A stretch of DNA of 64,000 nucleotides from Eledone cirrhosa (lineage: Eukaryota): the NCBI GenBank assembly GCA_964016885.1, contig OZ024741.1, forward strand, positions 304,234,001 to 304,298,000, read 5' to 3'. Shown here piece by piece: positions 14,488-35,310 of the stretch. Under the pieces are notes generated by a model that saw nothing but the letters and a program-made list of their open reading frames with translations, was not told the origin of the DNA and did no database searches. The stretch's first letter is position 1, and every line of letters starts with the position of its first letter. The position numbers and the translations under genes were made by a program.

Positions 14488-16340
14488 CATCATCATCATC
14501 ATTTAACGTCCCTGTTCCACGCTTGCATGGGTTTGGACGGGGGTTTTCCCACTTGAGGCAAGAGTGGTTGTCTTGCTCGCATAGGACTGTCTGGCGGGTT
14601 TTCTACAGCTGGATGCCCTTCCTAATACCAACCACATTTACAGTGTGGGGCTGGGAGGTTTTTACCGTGTTGCCTACACGGCCACATTACAGCGTGGACT
14701 GTCTGGCGTGTTTTCTACAGCTGGATGCCCTTCCTAACACCAATCACATTTACAGTGTGGGACTGGGAGGTTTTTACCGTGTTGCCTACACGGTCACATT
14801 ACAGCGTGGACTGTGTTTTTTGTCGTGACACCTACACGATCTCGTTTGTTTCGGCCTGGATGTTGTGGCACCAACATAACTTTGCATTGAAGGGGGCAGT
14901 GTGGATGGGGTGGGACGGGGGTGTATTTTGTTAGAGATGCCTACTGACTAGTAGGTTTTACTTTGTATTTAGGTAAGGCGGGTCTTCTCTGTTACTGAGT
15001 ACCGCCAAAGGTCTCGGTCCAGTGACATTGTCTTGGAGAGGTGTAAGTGTGTGAGGTCGGAATTTATCAGCTCGTCCCAGGTTTTGCTGGGTCTGCCTAC
15101 TCCATGGCTACCATCTATCTTTATTGCCCTGCACTTTGTTATACAGCTGTCGTCTTTCATGCGCATCACGTGACCATACCAACGTCGCCTTCTCTCGAGT
15201 AAACAACATCTGATCCCTCTTATTTATAATTTTTTCCTTAGTTCGTTTATGCTTTGCCGTTCACGTATATTACTATTACACATCCAGCGGAGCATGCAAG
15301 CTTCGTTCCTCTCTAGTCTGCGTATATCCTCTGCACACAATGCCCAGGTCTCACTGCCATGCAACATTGCTGTTCGTATGCAGGCATCATACAACCTGCC
15401 TTTCATTTTTAGGGAGAACCCTTTAGCGGCTAATAGTGGTATAAGCTCTCTGAACTTTTTCCATCCAGTTCTGACTCTAGCTACTGTACTTTCAGAGCAC
15501 CCTCCCCCACTGCTGATTTTGTCACCCAGGTAACGGAAGCTGTCCACTATTTCTATAGAACCCTCTGCGCAATTGAAAGAGTTAGTATTTTGTGGGCACT
15601 TGCTGCTACTTATTGCACCAGAGCACCAGCCACATGTAAAATCTGTTTTCTTAGTTAGCTTACCTGTGATCCCACTACATCTTTTATGCACCCATACTTT
15701 GCATTTGGGACATAAAATGGAGTTTCTACCTACTCCTTTCCTACACACTGAGCATGGCCATTTCCCGGAGGGAACCGGAGCCTTATTTTCTTTCTTACAA
15801 ACTAGAACTTTAGTCTTAGCCAGGTTAATTTTAAGGCCTTTTGATTCTAGGCCGTGCTTCCATGTTTGGAATTTCTTCTCTAGCTCGGCCATTGATTCAG
15901 CTATGAGCGTTAGATCATCTGCGTATAGGAGTTCCCATGGGCAGCCGGTCTTGAACTCCTCTGTTATAGCCTGAAGAGCAATAATAAATAGTAGGGGGCT
16001 AAGAACTGATGGACACCAACTTTTACGCTAAACTCTTCACTATATTCGTCGTTAATTCTAACCTTGCTGACTGTTTCTTTATACATGGCTTGTATGGCTC
16101 TCGCAAGCCAATCGTCAACACCTAGTTTTCTAAGAGCCCACCAGATAATGGAGTGGGGGACTCTGTCGAAGGCTTTCTCCAAGTCGACAAAAGCTAAGTA
16201 TAGGGGTTTACTTTTAGCTAGGTACTTCTCTTGTAGTTGTCGTACAATGAAAAGAGCATCTGTGGTACTTTTGCCTGACACAAACCCGAACAGCATTTCA
16301 TCTAGATCAATTCTCTGTGATTAGTTGCGCTATTACTTTT
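14488..16340 (-). mobile_element. RTE LINE family A, 5'-truncated and frameshifted, (GAT)n tail, about 111-bp tandem duplication in the 3'UTR
   Basis: RT ORFs 15964-16296, 15224-15892, 14969-15169. Confidence 0.92.
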
Positions 16341-19220
<2,880 letters not shown>

Positions 19221-22032
19221 ATCATCATCATCATCATCATCATCAACGTTTAACGTCCGTGTTCCACGCTTGCATGGGTTTGGACGGGGGTAGTCCCACT
19301 TGAGGCAAGAGTGATTGTCTTGCTCGCATAGGACTGTCTGGCAGGTTTTCTACAGTTGGATGCCCTTCCTAACACCAACCACATTTACAGTGTGGGTCTG
19401 GGAGGTTTTTACCGTGTTGCCTACACGGCCACATTACAGCGTGGACTGTGTGTTTTTTTGTCGTGACACCTACACGATCTCATTTGTTTCGGCCTGGATG
19501 GCGCGGCACCAACATAACTTTACATAGAACGGGGTGGTGTGGATGGGGTGGGGGTGGTGGCGGGACGGGGTGTATTTTGTTAGAGATGCCTACTGGCAAG
19601 GCGGGTCTTCTCTGTTACTGAGTACCGCCAAAGGTCACGGTCCAGTGACATTGTCTTGGAGAGGTGTAAGTGTGTGAGGTCGGAGTTATCAGCTCATCCC
19701 ATGTTTTTCTAGGTCTGCCTATTCCGTGGCTACCGTCTATCTTTATTGCCCTGCACTTTGTAATACAGCTATCGACTTTCATGCGCATCACGTGTCCATA
19801 CCAACGCAGCCTTCTCTCGAGTAAACAACATCTGATCCCTCTTATCTCTAATTTTTTCCTTAGTTCGTTTATGCTTTGCCGTTCACGTATATTACTGTTA
19901 CACATCCAGCGGAGCATGCAAGCTTCGTTCCTCTCTAGTCTGCGTATATCCTCTGCACACAATGCCCAGGTCTCACTACCATGCAACATTGCTGTTCGTA
20001 TGCAGGCATCGTACAACCTGCCTTTCATTTTTAGGGAGAACCCTTTAGCAGCTAATAGTGGTATAAGCTCTCTGAACTTTTTCCAACCAGTTCTGACTCT
20101 AGCTACAGTACTTTCAGAGCACCCTCCCCCACTGCTGATTTTATCGCCCAGGTAACGGAAGCTGTCCACTATTTCTATAGAACCCTCTGCGCAATTGAAA
20201 GAGCTAGTATTTTGTGGGCACTTGCTGCTACTTATTGCACCAGAACACCGGCCACATGTAAAATCTATGTTCTTAGTTAGCTTACCTGTGATCCCACTAC
20301 ATCTTTTATGCACCCATACTTTGCATTTAGGACATAAAATGGAGTTTCTACCTACGCCTTTCCTACACACCGAGCACGACCATTTCCCAGAAGGGACCGC
20401 CGCCTTGTTTTCTTTCCTACAAACTAGAACTTTGGTCTTAGCCAGGTTAATTTTAAGTCCTTTTGACTCTAGGCCGTGCTTCCATGTTTGGAATTTCTTC
20501 TCTAGCTCGGCCATTGATTCCGCTATGAGTGTCAGGTCGTCTGCGTATAGGAGTTCCCATGGGCAGCCTGTCTTGAACTCCTCTGTTATAGCCTGAAGGG
20601 CAATAATAAATAGTAGGGGGCTGAGAACAGAGCCCTGATGGACGCCAACTTTTACGCTAAACTCTTCACTATATTCGTTGTTAATTCTAACCTTGCTGAC
20701 TGTTTCTTTATACATGGCTTGTATAGCCCTCACAAGCCATTCGTCAACGCCTAGTTTTCTAAGAGCCCACCAGATAATGGAGCGGGGGACTCTGTCGAAG
20801 GCTTTCTCCAGGTCGACAAAAGCTAAGTAGAGGGGTCTACCTTTAGCTAGGTACTTCTCCTGTAGTTGTCGTACTATGAAAAGGGCGTCTGTGGTGCTTT
20901 TGCCTGACACAAACCCGAACTGCATTTCATCTAGGTCAATTCTCTCTCTGATTAGTTGCGCTATTACTTTTTCCGTGACCTTCATGACCTGGTCGATTNN
21001 NNNNNNNNNNNNNNNNNNNNNNNNNNNNNNNNNNNNNNNNNNNNNNNNNNNNNNNNNNNNNNNNNNNNNNNNNNNNNNNNNNNNNNNNNNNNNNNNNNNN
21101 NNNNNNNNNNNNNNNNNNNNNNNNNNNNNNNNNNNNNNNNNNNNNNNNNNNNNNNNNNNNNNNNNNNNNNNNNNNNNNNNNNNNNNNNNNNNNNNNNNTA
21201 ATTTTAAGTCCTTTTGACTCTAGGCCGTGCTTCCATGTTTGGAATTTCTTCTCTAGCTCGGCCATTGATTCCGCTATGAGTGTCAGGTCGTCTGCGTATA
21301 GGAGTTCCCATGGGCAGCCTGTCTTGAACTCCTCTGTTATAGCCTGAAGGGCAATAATAAATAGTAGGGGGCTGAGAACAGAGCCCTGATGGACGCCAAC
21401 TTTTACGCTAAACTCTTCACTATATTCGTTGTTAATTCTAACCTTGCTGACTGTTTCTTTATACATGGCTTGTATAGCCCTCACAAGCCATTCGTCAACG
21501 CCTAGTTTTCTAAGAGCCCACCAGATAATGGAGCGGGGGACTCTGTCGAAGGCTTTCTCCAGGTCGACAAAAGCTAAGTAGAGGGGTCTACCTTTAGCTA
21601 GGTACTTCTCCTGTAGTTGTCGTACTATGAAAAGGGCGTCTGTGGTGCTTTTGCCTGACACAAACCCGAACTGCATTTCATCTAGGTCAATTCTCTCTCT
21701 GATTAGTTGCGCTATTACTTTTTCCGTGACCTTCATGACCTGGTCGATTAATTTAATGCCTCTATAGTTACTCCTATCTAGGGCGTCTCCTTTACCCTTA
21801 TAACAGTTAACGATGATGCTGCTATGCCAGTCCTTCGGAACAACCCCATTCTGTACGACTTGGTTAACTATGCGGGTGACCATGGTGTGTCCCACCGTGC
21901 CAGATGCCTTCAGCATCTCAGCAACTATTTCCGAAGGCCCAGCCGCCTTACCCGTCTTCATATCCTTGATTGCCTTACTTATTATACTCCCCTCGACTAA
22001 CACTGCTGGTCCCTCTATCGGGTCGATATGGG

Positions 22033-22033
<1 letters not shown>
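19221..22033 (-). mobile_element. RTE LINE family A, young 5'-truncated copy spanning an assembly gap
   Basis: ORF 19615-20985 (456 aa RT) plus upstream [26 protein letters not shown]; (GAT)n tail. Confidence 0.93.
20999..21198. other. Assembly gap (200 N)
   Basis: N run; the flanks overlap by about 550 bp. Confidence 0.99.
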
Positions 22034-24758
<2,725 letters not shown>

Positions 24759-26357
24759 TGTGTCTTGAAGGCGTGTCAACACCAACTTGCTTCTCCTCTT
24801 GCCAATCTGTGGCGGAACTCACTGGATGCTGGATATGTGCCAGAAAACCTTCTATCCCAGTCTGTTGTCCCAGTTTTCAAAAAGGGAAACAAATCCCTTG
24901 CCGTGAATTACCGTCCAATCTCACTCACCTCTCGTATCATTAAGGTATTTGAGCGAGTGGTGAGATTGCGAATGACCCACTTCCTTGAGAGTAACAATAT
25001 GCTGAACTCCAACCAGCATGGATTCCGTAATGGAAGGGATTGCCTGACGCAACTACTGCATCACTTTGATGACATTTTGAGAGCCCTGGGAGAGGGTTCC
25101 AACACTGATGTTATCTACCTTGATTTCAGCAAGGCCTTTGACAGGGTTGATCATAACATTCTACTGAGAAAGCTGTCCAATATTGGTGTCACTGGAAAGC
25201 TGCTGCAGTGGATCAAGAGCTTCCTGTCAAACAGAACCCAACATGTTGTAGTTGAGGGAGTCAAATCAAGCCCAGCCAAAGTCAGTAGTGGAGTCCCACA
25301 AGGCACTGTGTTGGGCCCACTTCTCTTCATCATCTATATTAATGACATCACTGACATCATCAAACACAGCAACATTAAAATTTTCGCTGATGATTCCAAG
25401 CTCCAAAAGGTCATCAATGGCGTGGATGACCGGATAAGCCTTCAGTCAGACCTACTGGCTGTTACCCAATGGGCAGAAAAGAACAACATGTTACTGAACG
25501 AAGACAAATTCGAACTGATCCACTTTGGAAAAGAGGATGCTCTGAAACTCCCGTACTGCCTTCCCTCCGGGGAAACTCTCGTGGCATCTAACAACATCAG
25601 AGACTTGGGAGTAACCGTGGACAGCAACATAAGCTGGACCACGCATATAAGCAGCAAAGTTGACATGGCCCGCAGAATGTGTTCCTGGATCCTCAGAACC
25701 TTCCAGTCGAGAGATTCCCGCACCATTATCCTTCTCTTCTCTACTTTCGCCCGACCACACCTTGAATACTGTTGTCCACTGTGGTCTCCCCACACGAAAC
25801 AAAGTATCATGAAACTTGAAGCTCCTCAAAGGGCAATCACGAAAAAGATAGATGGCATGTCAGACCTTGACTACTGGGGTCGATTGGAAAACCTGAAACT
25901 TTACTCACTCCAACGTCGCCGTGAGCGTTATATTATCTGCATGATGTGGAAAATGTTCCATTATCACTGCCCAAATGATGTTGGCATCGCCTTCAAGATA
26001 CACCCAAGGCTTGGGCCCCGTGCTATCCGTCCCATTCAAAAATCTAAATCGCAACTCATAACAACAATACGGCACAATTATTTCACCTCAATCGGCCCTG
26101 CTCTCTTCAACATCACACCAGGACACGTCAAAACAGAAACTGACCACACAAAATTCAAGAAGTCTTTGGACAAATTCCTCCAAGTAATCCCGGACAAACC
26201 ACCCACACCCGGATATGTCTCCGCAAACAGTAATTCTCTTCTCGAATGGGCCATGGTGCCCAAATCCTGAATTGAAAGAGTTCGCCAGGTGGTGCTATTA
26301 AGTTAGACATGGCCTGGGCCAATACTGGCCAAAACATTTCAAAGTTATTCAAAGTTA
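24759..26357 (+). mobile_element. CR1-clade LINE, 5'-truncated, uninterrupted RT ORF to 26270
   Basis: [62 protein letters not shown]; 3' end (TTCAAAGTTA)x2 then (TA)n. Confidence 0.9.
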
Positions 26358-26370
26358 TATATATATATAC

Positions 26371-26426
<56 letters not shown>

Positions 26427-26479
26427 GTACATATATATATATATATACATATATACATATATATATATATATATGTACA

Positions 26480-26516
<37 letters not shown>

Positions 26517-26580
26517 GTACATATATATATGTACATATATATATATATATACATATATACATATATATATATATATGTAC

Positions 26581-26647
<67 letters not shown>

Positions 26648-26701
26648 TATATATATGTACATATATATATATATATACATATATACATATATATATATAT
26701 A

Positions 26702-26757
<56 letters not shown>

Positions 26758-26798
26758 TATATATATACACATATATATATATATACATATATATATAC

Positions 26799-26845
<47 letters not shown>

Positions 26846-26874
26846 CATATATATATATACATATATATATATAC

Positions 26875-26905
<31 letters not shown>

Positions 26906-26906
26906 C

Positions 26907-26981
<75 letters not shown>

Positions 26982-27022
26982 CACATATATATATATATAT
27001 ACACATATATATATATATATAC

Positions 27023-27093
<71 letters not shown>

Positions 27094-27116
27094 CAGATAT
27101 ATATATATATATACAG

Positions 27117-27169
<53 letters not shown>

Positions 27170-27200
27170 CATATATATATATACATATATATATATATAC

Positions 27201-27251
<51 letters not shown>

Positions 27252-27276
27252 CATATATATATATACATATATATAC

Positions 27277-27307
<31 letters not shown>

Positions 27308-27388
27308 CATACATATATACATATATATATACATATATATATATATACATATATATATACATATATATATATATACATATATATATAC

Positions 27389-27451
<63 letters not shown>

Positions 27452-27452
27452 C

Positions 27453-27503
<51 letters not shown>

Positions 27504-27507
27504 CATA

Positions 27508-28116
27508 TGGTGGCTGCCAACTCGTTTTCGAGTACGGCCACTACTTTATATCCATGTAGGAGAACCCCTACCGATGCGCTGAACGAATGTGACTTTTTAG
27601 TCCAGCCAGCGACTTGAAAACTCTGGTACAAAGACTACACTTGTGACCATTATTGACACATAGTGCAGGGCCCATGATACCATGTGATGACAAGTGCAGA
27701 GAGATCTCCAGATATAAAGCAATGCCTGTGCTGTGAAGCTTTTATAGTGAGCAAAGGCACTGCACAAAGCCAGTCCCACTCTCTTAACCAAGATGATATT
27801 TACCAAAAAGAAGAACAAGTCAACATCATTGGATACCATCAGGGTTGCAGGTGTTATATCAGAGTTTTCCTTCTCCTAGAATTCTGCCTTGACAAAGGCT
27901 AAGGGGTCATCTCTCCCGGTGATTTTGGATGGCTATTGAGTCTTAAGAGCTCCCTTGCCCTTTGACAGGTTTTGTTTTTAGTCCTGCAGGATGTCCAAAG
28001 TCACCCTCCTCACCAAGAAACCTTGGTGGGGTTGCCAGTTTAGTCGCCAACGACCCGACCATGAGACAGGTTGTACTGGGATACATGTTACCAGTAGCAC
28101 CAACTGGTGACCTGAC
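27508..28116 (-). mobile_element. Bipartite RTE-derived non-autonomous element (5'UTR-like module + 3' end encoding a C2H2 finger)
   Basis: Minus strand [25 protein letters not shown]; 3' module repeated at 32893-33060; 5' module repeated at 8155-8590 and about 42810-43035. Confidence 0.7.
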
Positions 28117-28301
<185 letters not shown>

Positions 28302-28302
28302 C

Positions 28303-28367
<65 letters not shown>

Positions 28368-28382
28368 CATATATATATATAC

Positions 28383-28699
<317 letters not shown>

Positions 28700-28700
28700 C

Positions 28701-28834
<134 letters not shown>

Positions 28835-28883
28835 TCATATATATATATATATTCATATATATATATATATATATGTACATATA

Positions 28884-28914
<31 letters not shown>

Positions 28915-28960
28915 GTACATATATATATATATACATATATATACATATACATATATATAC

Positions 28961-28995
<35 letters not shown>

Positions 28996-29076
28996 CATAT
29001 ATATACATATATATATACATATATATATATATATACATATATACATATATATACATATATATATACATATATATAC

Positions 29077-29113
<37 letters not shown>

Positions 29114-29214
29114 CATATATACATATATATACATATATATATACATATATATATATATATACATATATACATATATATACATATATATATACATATATAT
29201 ATACATATATATAC

Positions 29215-29247
<33 letters not shown>

Positions 29248-29770
29248 CATATATACATATATATACATATATATATACATATATATACATATATATATAT
29301 ATATACATATATACATATATATATACATATATATACATATATATATATATATACATATATACATATATATACATATATATATATACATATATACATATAT
29401 ATACATATATATATACATATATACATATATATACATATATATATACATATATATATACATATATATATATACATATATATATATACATATATATACATAT
29501 ATATATATATACATATATACATATATATACATATATATATATACATATATACATATATATACATATATATATATACATATACATATACATATATATATAC
29601 ATATATACATATATACACATATATATATATACATATATATATATACATATATATATATACATATATATATATACATATATATATATACATATATATATAT
29701 ACATATATATATATACATATATATATATACATATATATATACATATATATATATACATATATATATATAC

Positions 29771-29829
<59 letters not shown>

Positions 29830-29830
29830 C

Positions 29831-29861
<31 letters not shown>

Positions 29862-30014
29862 CATATATATATACATATATATATACATATATATATATAT
29901 ACATATATATATACATATATATATATATACATATATATTTATACATACATATACATATATACATATACATATATATATATACATACATATATATATATAC
30001 ATATATATATATAC

Positions 30015-30069
<55 letters not shown>

Positions 30070-30083
30070 TATATATATACACA

Positions 30084-30117
<34 letters not shown>

Positions 30118-30173
30118 CATATATATATACATATATATATATACACATATATATATATATATATATACACATA

Positions 30174-30279
<106 letters not shown>

Positions 30280-30346
30280 CATATATATATATGCACATAT
30301 ATATATATACACATATATATATATATACACATATATATATATACAC

Positions 30347-30409
<63 letters not shown>

Positions 30410-30410
30410 C

Positions 30411-30489
<79 letters not shown>

Positions 30490-30592
30490 CATATATATAT
30501 ATACATATATATATATATACATATATATATATACATATATATATATACATATATATATATATACATATATATATATACATATATATATATAC

Positions 30593-30653
<61 letters not shown>

Positions 30654-30700
30654 CATATATATATATACATACATATATATATACATACATATATATATAC

Positions 30701-30747
<47 letters not shown>

Positions 30748-30784
30748 CATATATATACATATATATATATATACATATATATAC

Positions 30785-30815
<31 letters not shown>

Positions 30816-30882
30816 CAAATATATACAAATATATACATATACATATATATATATACATATACATATATATATATACATATAC

Positions 30883-30913
<31 letters not shown>

Positions 30914-30964
30914 CAAATATATACATATACATATATATATATACATATACATATATATATATAC

Positions 30965-31029
<65 letters not shown>

Positions 31030-31070
31030 AATATATACATATATATACAAATATATACATATATATACAA

Positions 31071-31101
<31 letters not shown>

Positions 31102-31129
31102 CAAATATATATATATATATATATATACA

Positions 31130-31183
<54 letters not shown>

Positions 31184-31214
31184 CATATATATATATACAT
31201 ATATATATATATAC

Positions 31215-31244
<30 letters not shown>

Positions 31245-31245
<1 letters not shown>

Positions 31246-31376
31246 AACAAGGTTTAGTAAATAATGAAAAAGTTTCAAAATAAATTTTAAAAAATTGACT
31301 TTACCTACTATAGTTACCTTTACCGATCGGTTTCGAATCCCAAAAATAAAACGTAGGCCATGTGCGTGAAAGGACG

Positions 31377-31383
<7 letters not shown>
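31245..31383 (-). mobile_element. 5'-truncated island with the 3' half of a hammerhead
   Basis: Minus strand GAAA-CCGATCGG-TA (palindromic stem III, GUA) at 31321-31334; no CTGANGA. Confidence 0.5.
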
Positions 31384-31407
<24 letters not shown>

Positions 31408-31409
31408 CA

Positions 31410-31441
<32 letters not shown>

Positions 31442-31527
31442 CATATATATATACACATATATATATATATACATATACATATATATATACATATACATAT
31501 ACATATATATATACATATACATATACA

Positions 31528-31561
<34 letters not shown>

Positions 31562-31564
31562 CAT

Positions 31565-31625
<61 letters not shown>

Positions 31626-31632
31626 TATATAC

Positions 31633-31667
<35 letters not shown>

Positions 31668-31676
31668 CATATATAC

Positions 31677-31711
<35 letters not shown>

Positions 31712-31720
31712 CATATATAC

Positions 31721-31755
<35 letters not shown>

Positions 31756-31896
31756 CATATATACATATATATATATATATACATATATACATATATATAT
31801 ATATATACATATATACATATATATATATATATTTATATATACATATATATATATATATACATATACACATATATATATATACATATATATATATAC

Positions 31897-31941
<45 letters not shown>

Positions 31942-31956
31942 CATATATATATATAC

Positions 31957-32009
<53 letters not shown>

Positions 32010-32056
32010 CATATATATACATATATATACATATATATACATATATATATATACAC

Positions 32057-32087
<31 letters not shown>

Positions 32088-32148
32088 CATATATATATAC
32101 ATATACATATATATACATATATATACATATATATACATATACATATAT

Positions 32149-32267
<119 letters not shown>

Positions 32268-32426
32268 TATACATATATATATATACATATATATACATAT
32301 ATATACATATATATACATATATATATATACATATATATACATATATATATATACATATATATACATATATATATATACATATATATACATATATATATAT
32401 ACATATATATACATATATATATATAC

Positions 32427-32457
<31 letters not shown>

Positions 32458-32872
32458 CATAATATAAGATCAAAAGATGGTTAAAGGAGTTCCATGTATT
32501 TTATTATGCGCATTTCAAAAACAAACATCATCATGCAATAACATTTGTGTTTTCATCAGATAAAACAGGAGAACATGATATGAAGGCTAAAAAACACTTG
32601 TGGATAGTGCAGTTTTAAATCAACATATCACTACACTATCCACAAGTGTTTTTTAGCCTTCATATCATGTTCTCCTGTTTTATCTGATGAAAACACAAAT
32701 GTTATTGCATGATGATGTTTGTTTTTGAAATGCGCATAATAAAATACATGGAACTCCTTTAACCATCTTTTGATCTTATATTATGCATACTCCAGTCCTA
32801 CAAACTGTAGAGTGCTTCTTATCCGATATCTGCATTGCTTTATTGTACTACAATAAAACTCACCTCCTACAT
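32458..32872 (+). mobile_element. Fold-back element: 152-bp inverted arms, 24-nt spacer, about 87-bp tail; one HHR per strand
   Basis: 32458-32609 is the reverse complement of 32634-32785. Confidence 0.85.
32677..32745 (+). ncRNA. Type I hammerhead ribozyme candidate (mirror copy on minus strand 32498-32566)
   Basis: GTTTTAT-CTGATGA-16-bp stem II (loop GCAT)-GAAA-TGCGCA-TA|ATAAAAT. Confidence 0.78.
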
Positions 32873-32892
32873 TATATATATACATATATATA

Positions 32893-33060
32893 TGGTGGCT
32901 GCCAACTCGTTTTCGAGTATGACCGCTACTTTATATCCATGTAGGAGAACCCCTACCGATGCGCTGAACGAGTGTGGCTTTTTCGTCCAGCCAGCGACTT
33001 GAAAACTCTGGTACAAACACTACACTTGTGACAATTATTGACACATAGTGCTGGGCCCAT
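32893..33060 (-). mobile_element. RTE 3'-end module (same as 27508-27675)
   Basis: Near-identical to the 27508 copy, same breakpoint at GGGCCCATG. Confidence 0.8.
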
Positions 33061-33516
33061 GGTTTAATGTCATACCCAGGACATTAAACTACATCCAGTG
33101 GCAAGGCTCCAGTTCGGGAGTTCAGGAGTTGTGGGGAATGTGGAGTTAACCCTTAGTTGGCCCGGAGTAGTAGTACCTGTTAGGGCTCCATTTATGGGTT
33201 AAATAACTACCTTATTCGAGTGGCGCCGGTAAGGTATTATCAGCCACTGAAAAGAACCATGGTGAGTCGATCTAACAGCACTAGGGTTAGAGCCCCTAAT
33301 TACACTGTCAAGGAGCAGTCTGGTCGTTATGACTCTGCTGGCTTAGAGCCACAGGGAGGGCCAGTGGATGATGGATCAGTTGTTTCTGAGACAAATATAG
33401 AGAATGCAGTTTTGTCCTGCAGAAGAGCCATCAAAATGGGCACTCTGAATGTGAGGACTATTCGAACGCTGGAGAAGAGAGAGGAGTTGGGACATCTGTT
33501 CGAGGAGAGTGGTATA
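33061..33516 (+). mobile_element. 5' end of an APE-type (RTE-like) LINE: UTR + ORF start (ATG 33259), cut by a microsatellite
   Basis: IKMGTLNVRTIRTLEKREEL..EESGI matches the first APE motif. Confidence 0.7.
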
Positions 33517-33539
33517 CATATATATATATAGATATATAA

Positions 33540-33597
<58 letters not shown>

Positions 33598-33833
33598 TCA
33601 CATATATATATACACACACACTCACATATATATACACACACACACACACATATATATATACACACACACTCACATATATATACACACACACACTCATATA
33701 TACACACACACACACACTCTCATATATATACACACACACACACATATATATATATACACACACATATATATATACAAACACACACTCATATATACACACA
33801 CACACATATATATATACACACACACACATATAT

Positions 33834-33864
<31 letters not shown>

Positions 33865-33907
33865 CACACAGATTATATATATATATATACACACATATAT
33901 ATATACA
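33517..33907. repeat. (CA)n/(TA)n compound microsatellite (similar TG/TA arrays at 34799-35050, 36265-36493, 37500-37635)
   Basis: Direct inspection. Confidence 0.95.
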
Positions 33908-34798
33908 CAGGGTGCAGACGATATTTGCTTGCAATTTTCAACTGCTAATTTTAAGCAAATGTTTTTTACTTCCGTTGTCACTCTTGTCTTCATAAAAACA
34001 GTGACTATATTTCCATTATTTATTTTCAGAATAATTGATATGAATAATTTTGAACCTCCAAATTTGTGGAAGAGACACGGAGTTCTTCTTGGAATCTGCG
34101 CCGGGAGGACAAATAAGACCAGAAGATCAACTCCCAGAACAACAGGTGGCTCGCTGTCTCATCCAAAGACGTGCCCAGAGTCATGCAGACAAAGTTTCCA
34201 GTGACAACATTGGTCTTAGGTGTCGTCAGCAGTCAAGGTGACGCCATGCCACCTCACTTCTTCCCTGAGGGCCTCAAGCTGAACACCGATGGCTACATCC
34301 GCGTTCTGAGCGAGGTAGTAAAGCCCTGGATCGACCAGGTAGCTGCAGGTAGGCCGTACGTGTGGCAGCAAGACTCAGCGCCCTGCCATACCAACCGAAA
34401 GACCCAAGCCTGGCTGTCAGAGAACTTCGTCGACCACACTTCACCTGACATCTGGCCTCCCAGATCGCCTGACTGCAACCCCCTCGACTTCTTTGTGTGG
34501 GGCGCAGTGGAACGAGACACCAACAGATCTAGCTGCAATACGAAAGATGATCTGAAGGCCAGGATCACAAGTGCCTTAAGGGGCCTAAGTCGGGGGACAG
34601 TGACGATGGCCTGTAGCCGGTTCCGAGGCCGCCTTGAGGCCGTCATCAAAGCCAATGGCAGGTTTATCGAGTGAGATCGAAAGAACAAGTCATGAAGACA
34701 AACTGACCAAAGTTTGATAAATAAATCTTTAAAAATAAAACTACTGTGTTATTTTTTCCTAGACAGTAATCTTGCGAACAAATATCGTCCACACCCTG
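33908..34798 (+). mobile_element. maT (DD37D) Tc1/mariner transposon, internally deleted; transposase C-terminus 34171-34674
   Basis: Imperfect 27-bp TIRs CAGGGTG..GACGATATTTG..GCAA; WQQD-(37 aa)-D with WPPRSPDCNPLDF. Confidence 0.9.
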
Positions 34799-34928
34799 TA
34801 TATATATATATATACATGTGTGTGTATATATATATATACGTGTGTATACATATATATATATATACGTGTGTGTGCATATATGTGTGTGTGTATATATATA
34901 TGTGTGTGTGTATATATATATGTGTGTG

Positions 34929-34989
<61 letters not shown>

Positions 34990-35310
34990 GTGTGTGTATA
35001 TATATATATGTGTGTGTATATATATATATGTGTGTGTATATATATAGAGAGAGAGAGATTAGAGCAAACATCACGGGCGCTCTATCTCAAAATTATTTTT
35101 GAAAAGCATTAAAAATGCGCAACCGGTAAAACTTAAAACCAAAACTCAATACTAACCAATACTATTACTAATTTTTACTTATTCCTAATTAAACTATTTT
35201 TCACTGGGAACAATTTGTCAGCATTTTCTTTTCCGTTTACCAATATATATATATATATGTGTGTGAATATATATATATATATATATGTGTGTGTATATAT
35301 ATATATATAT

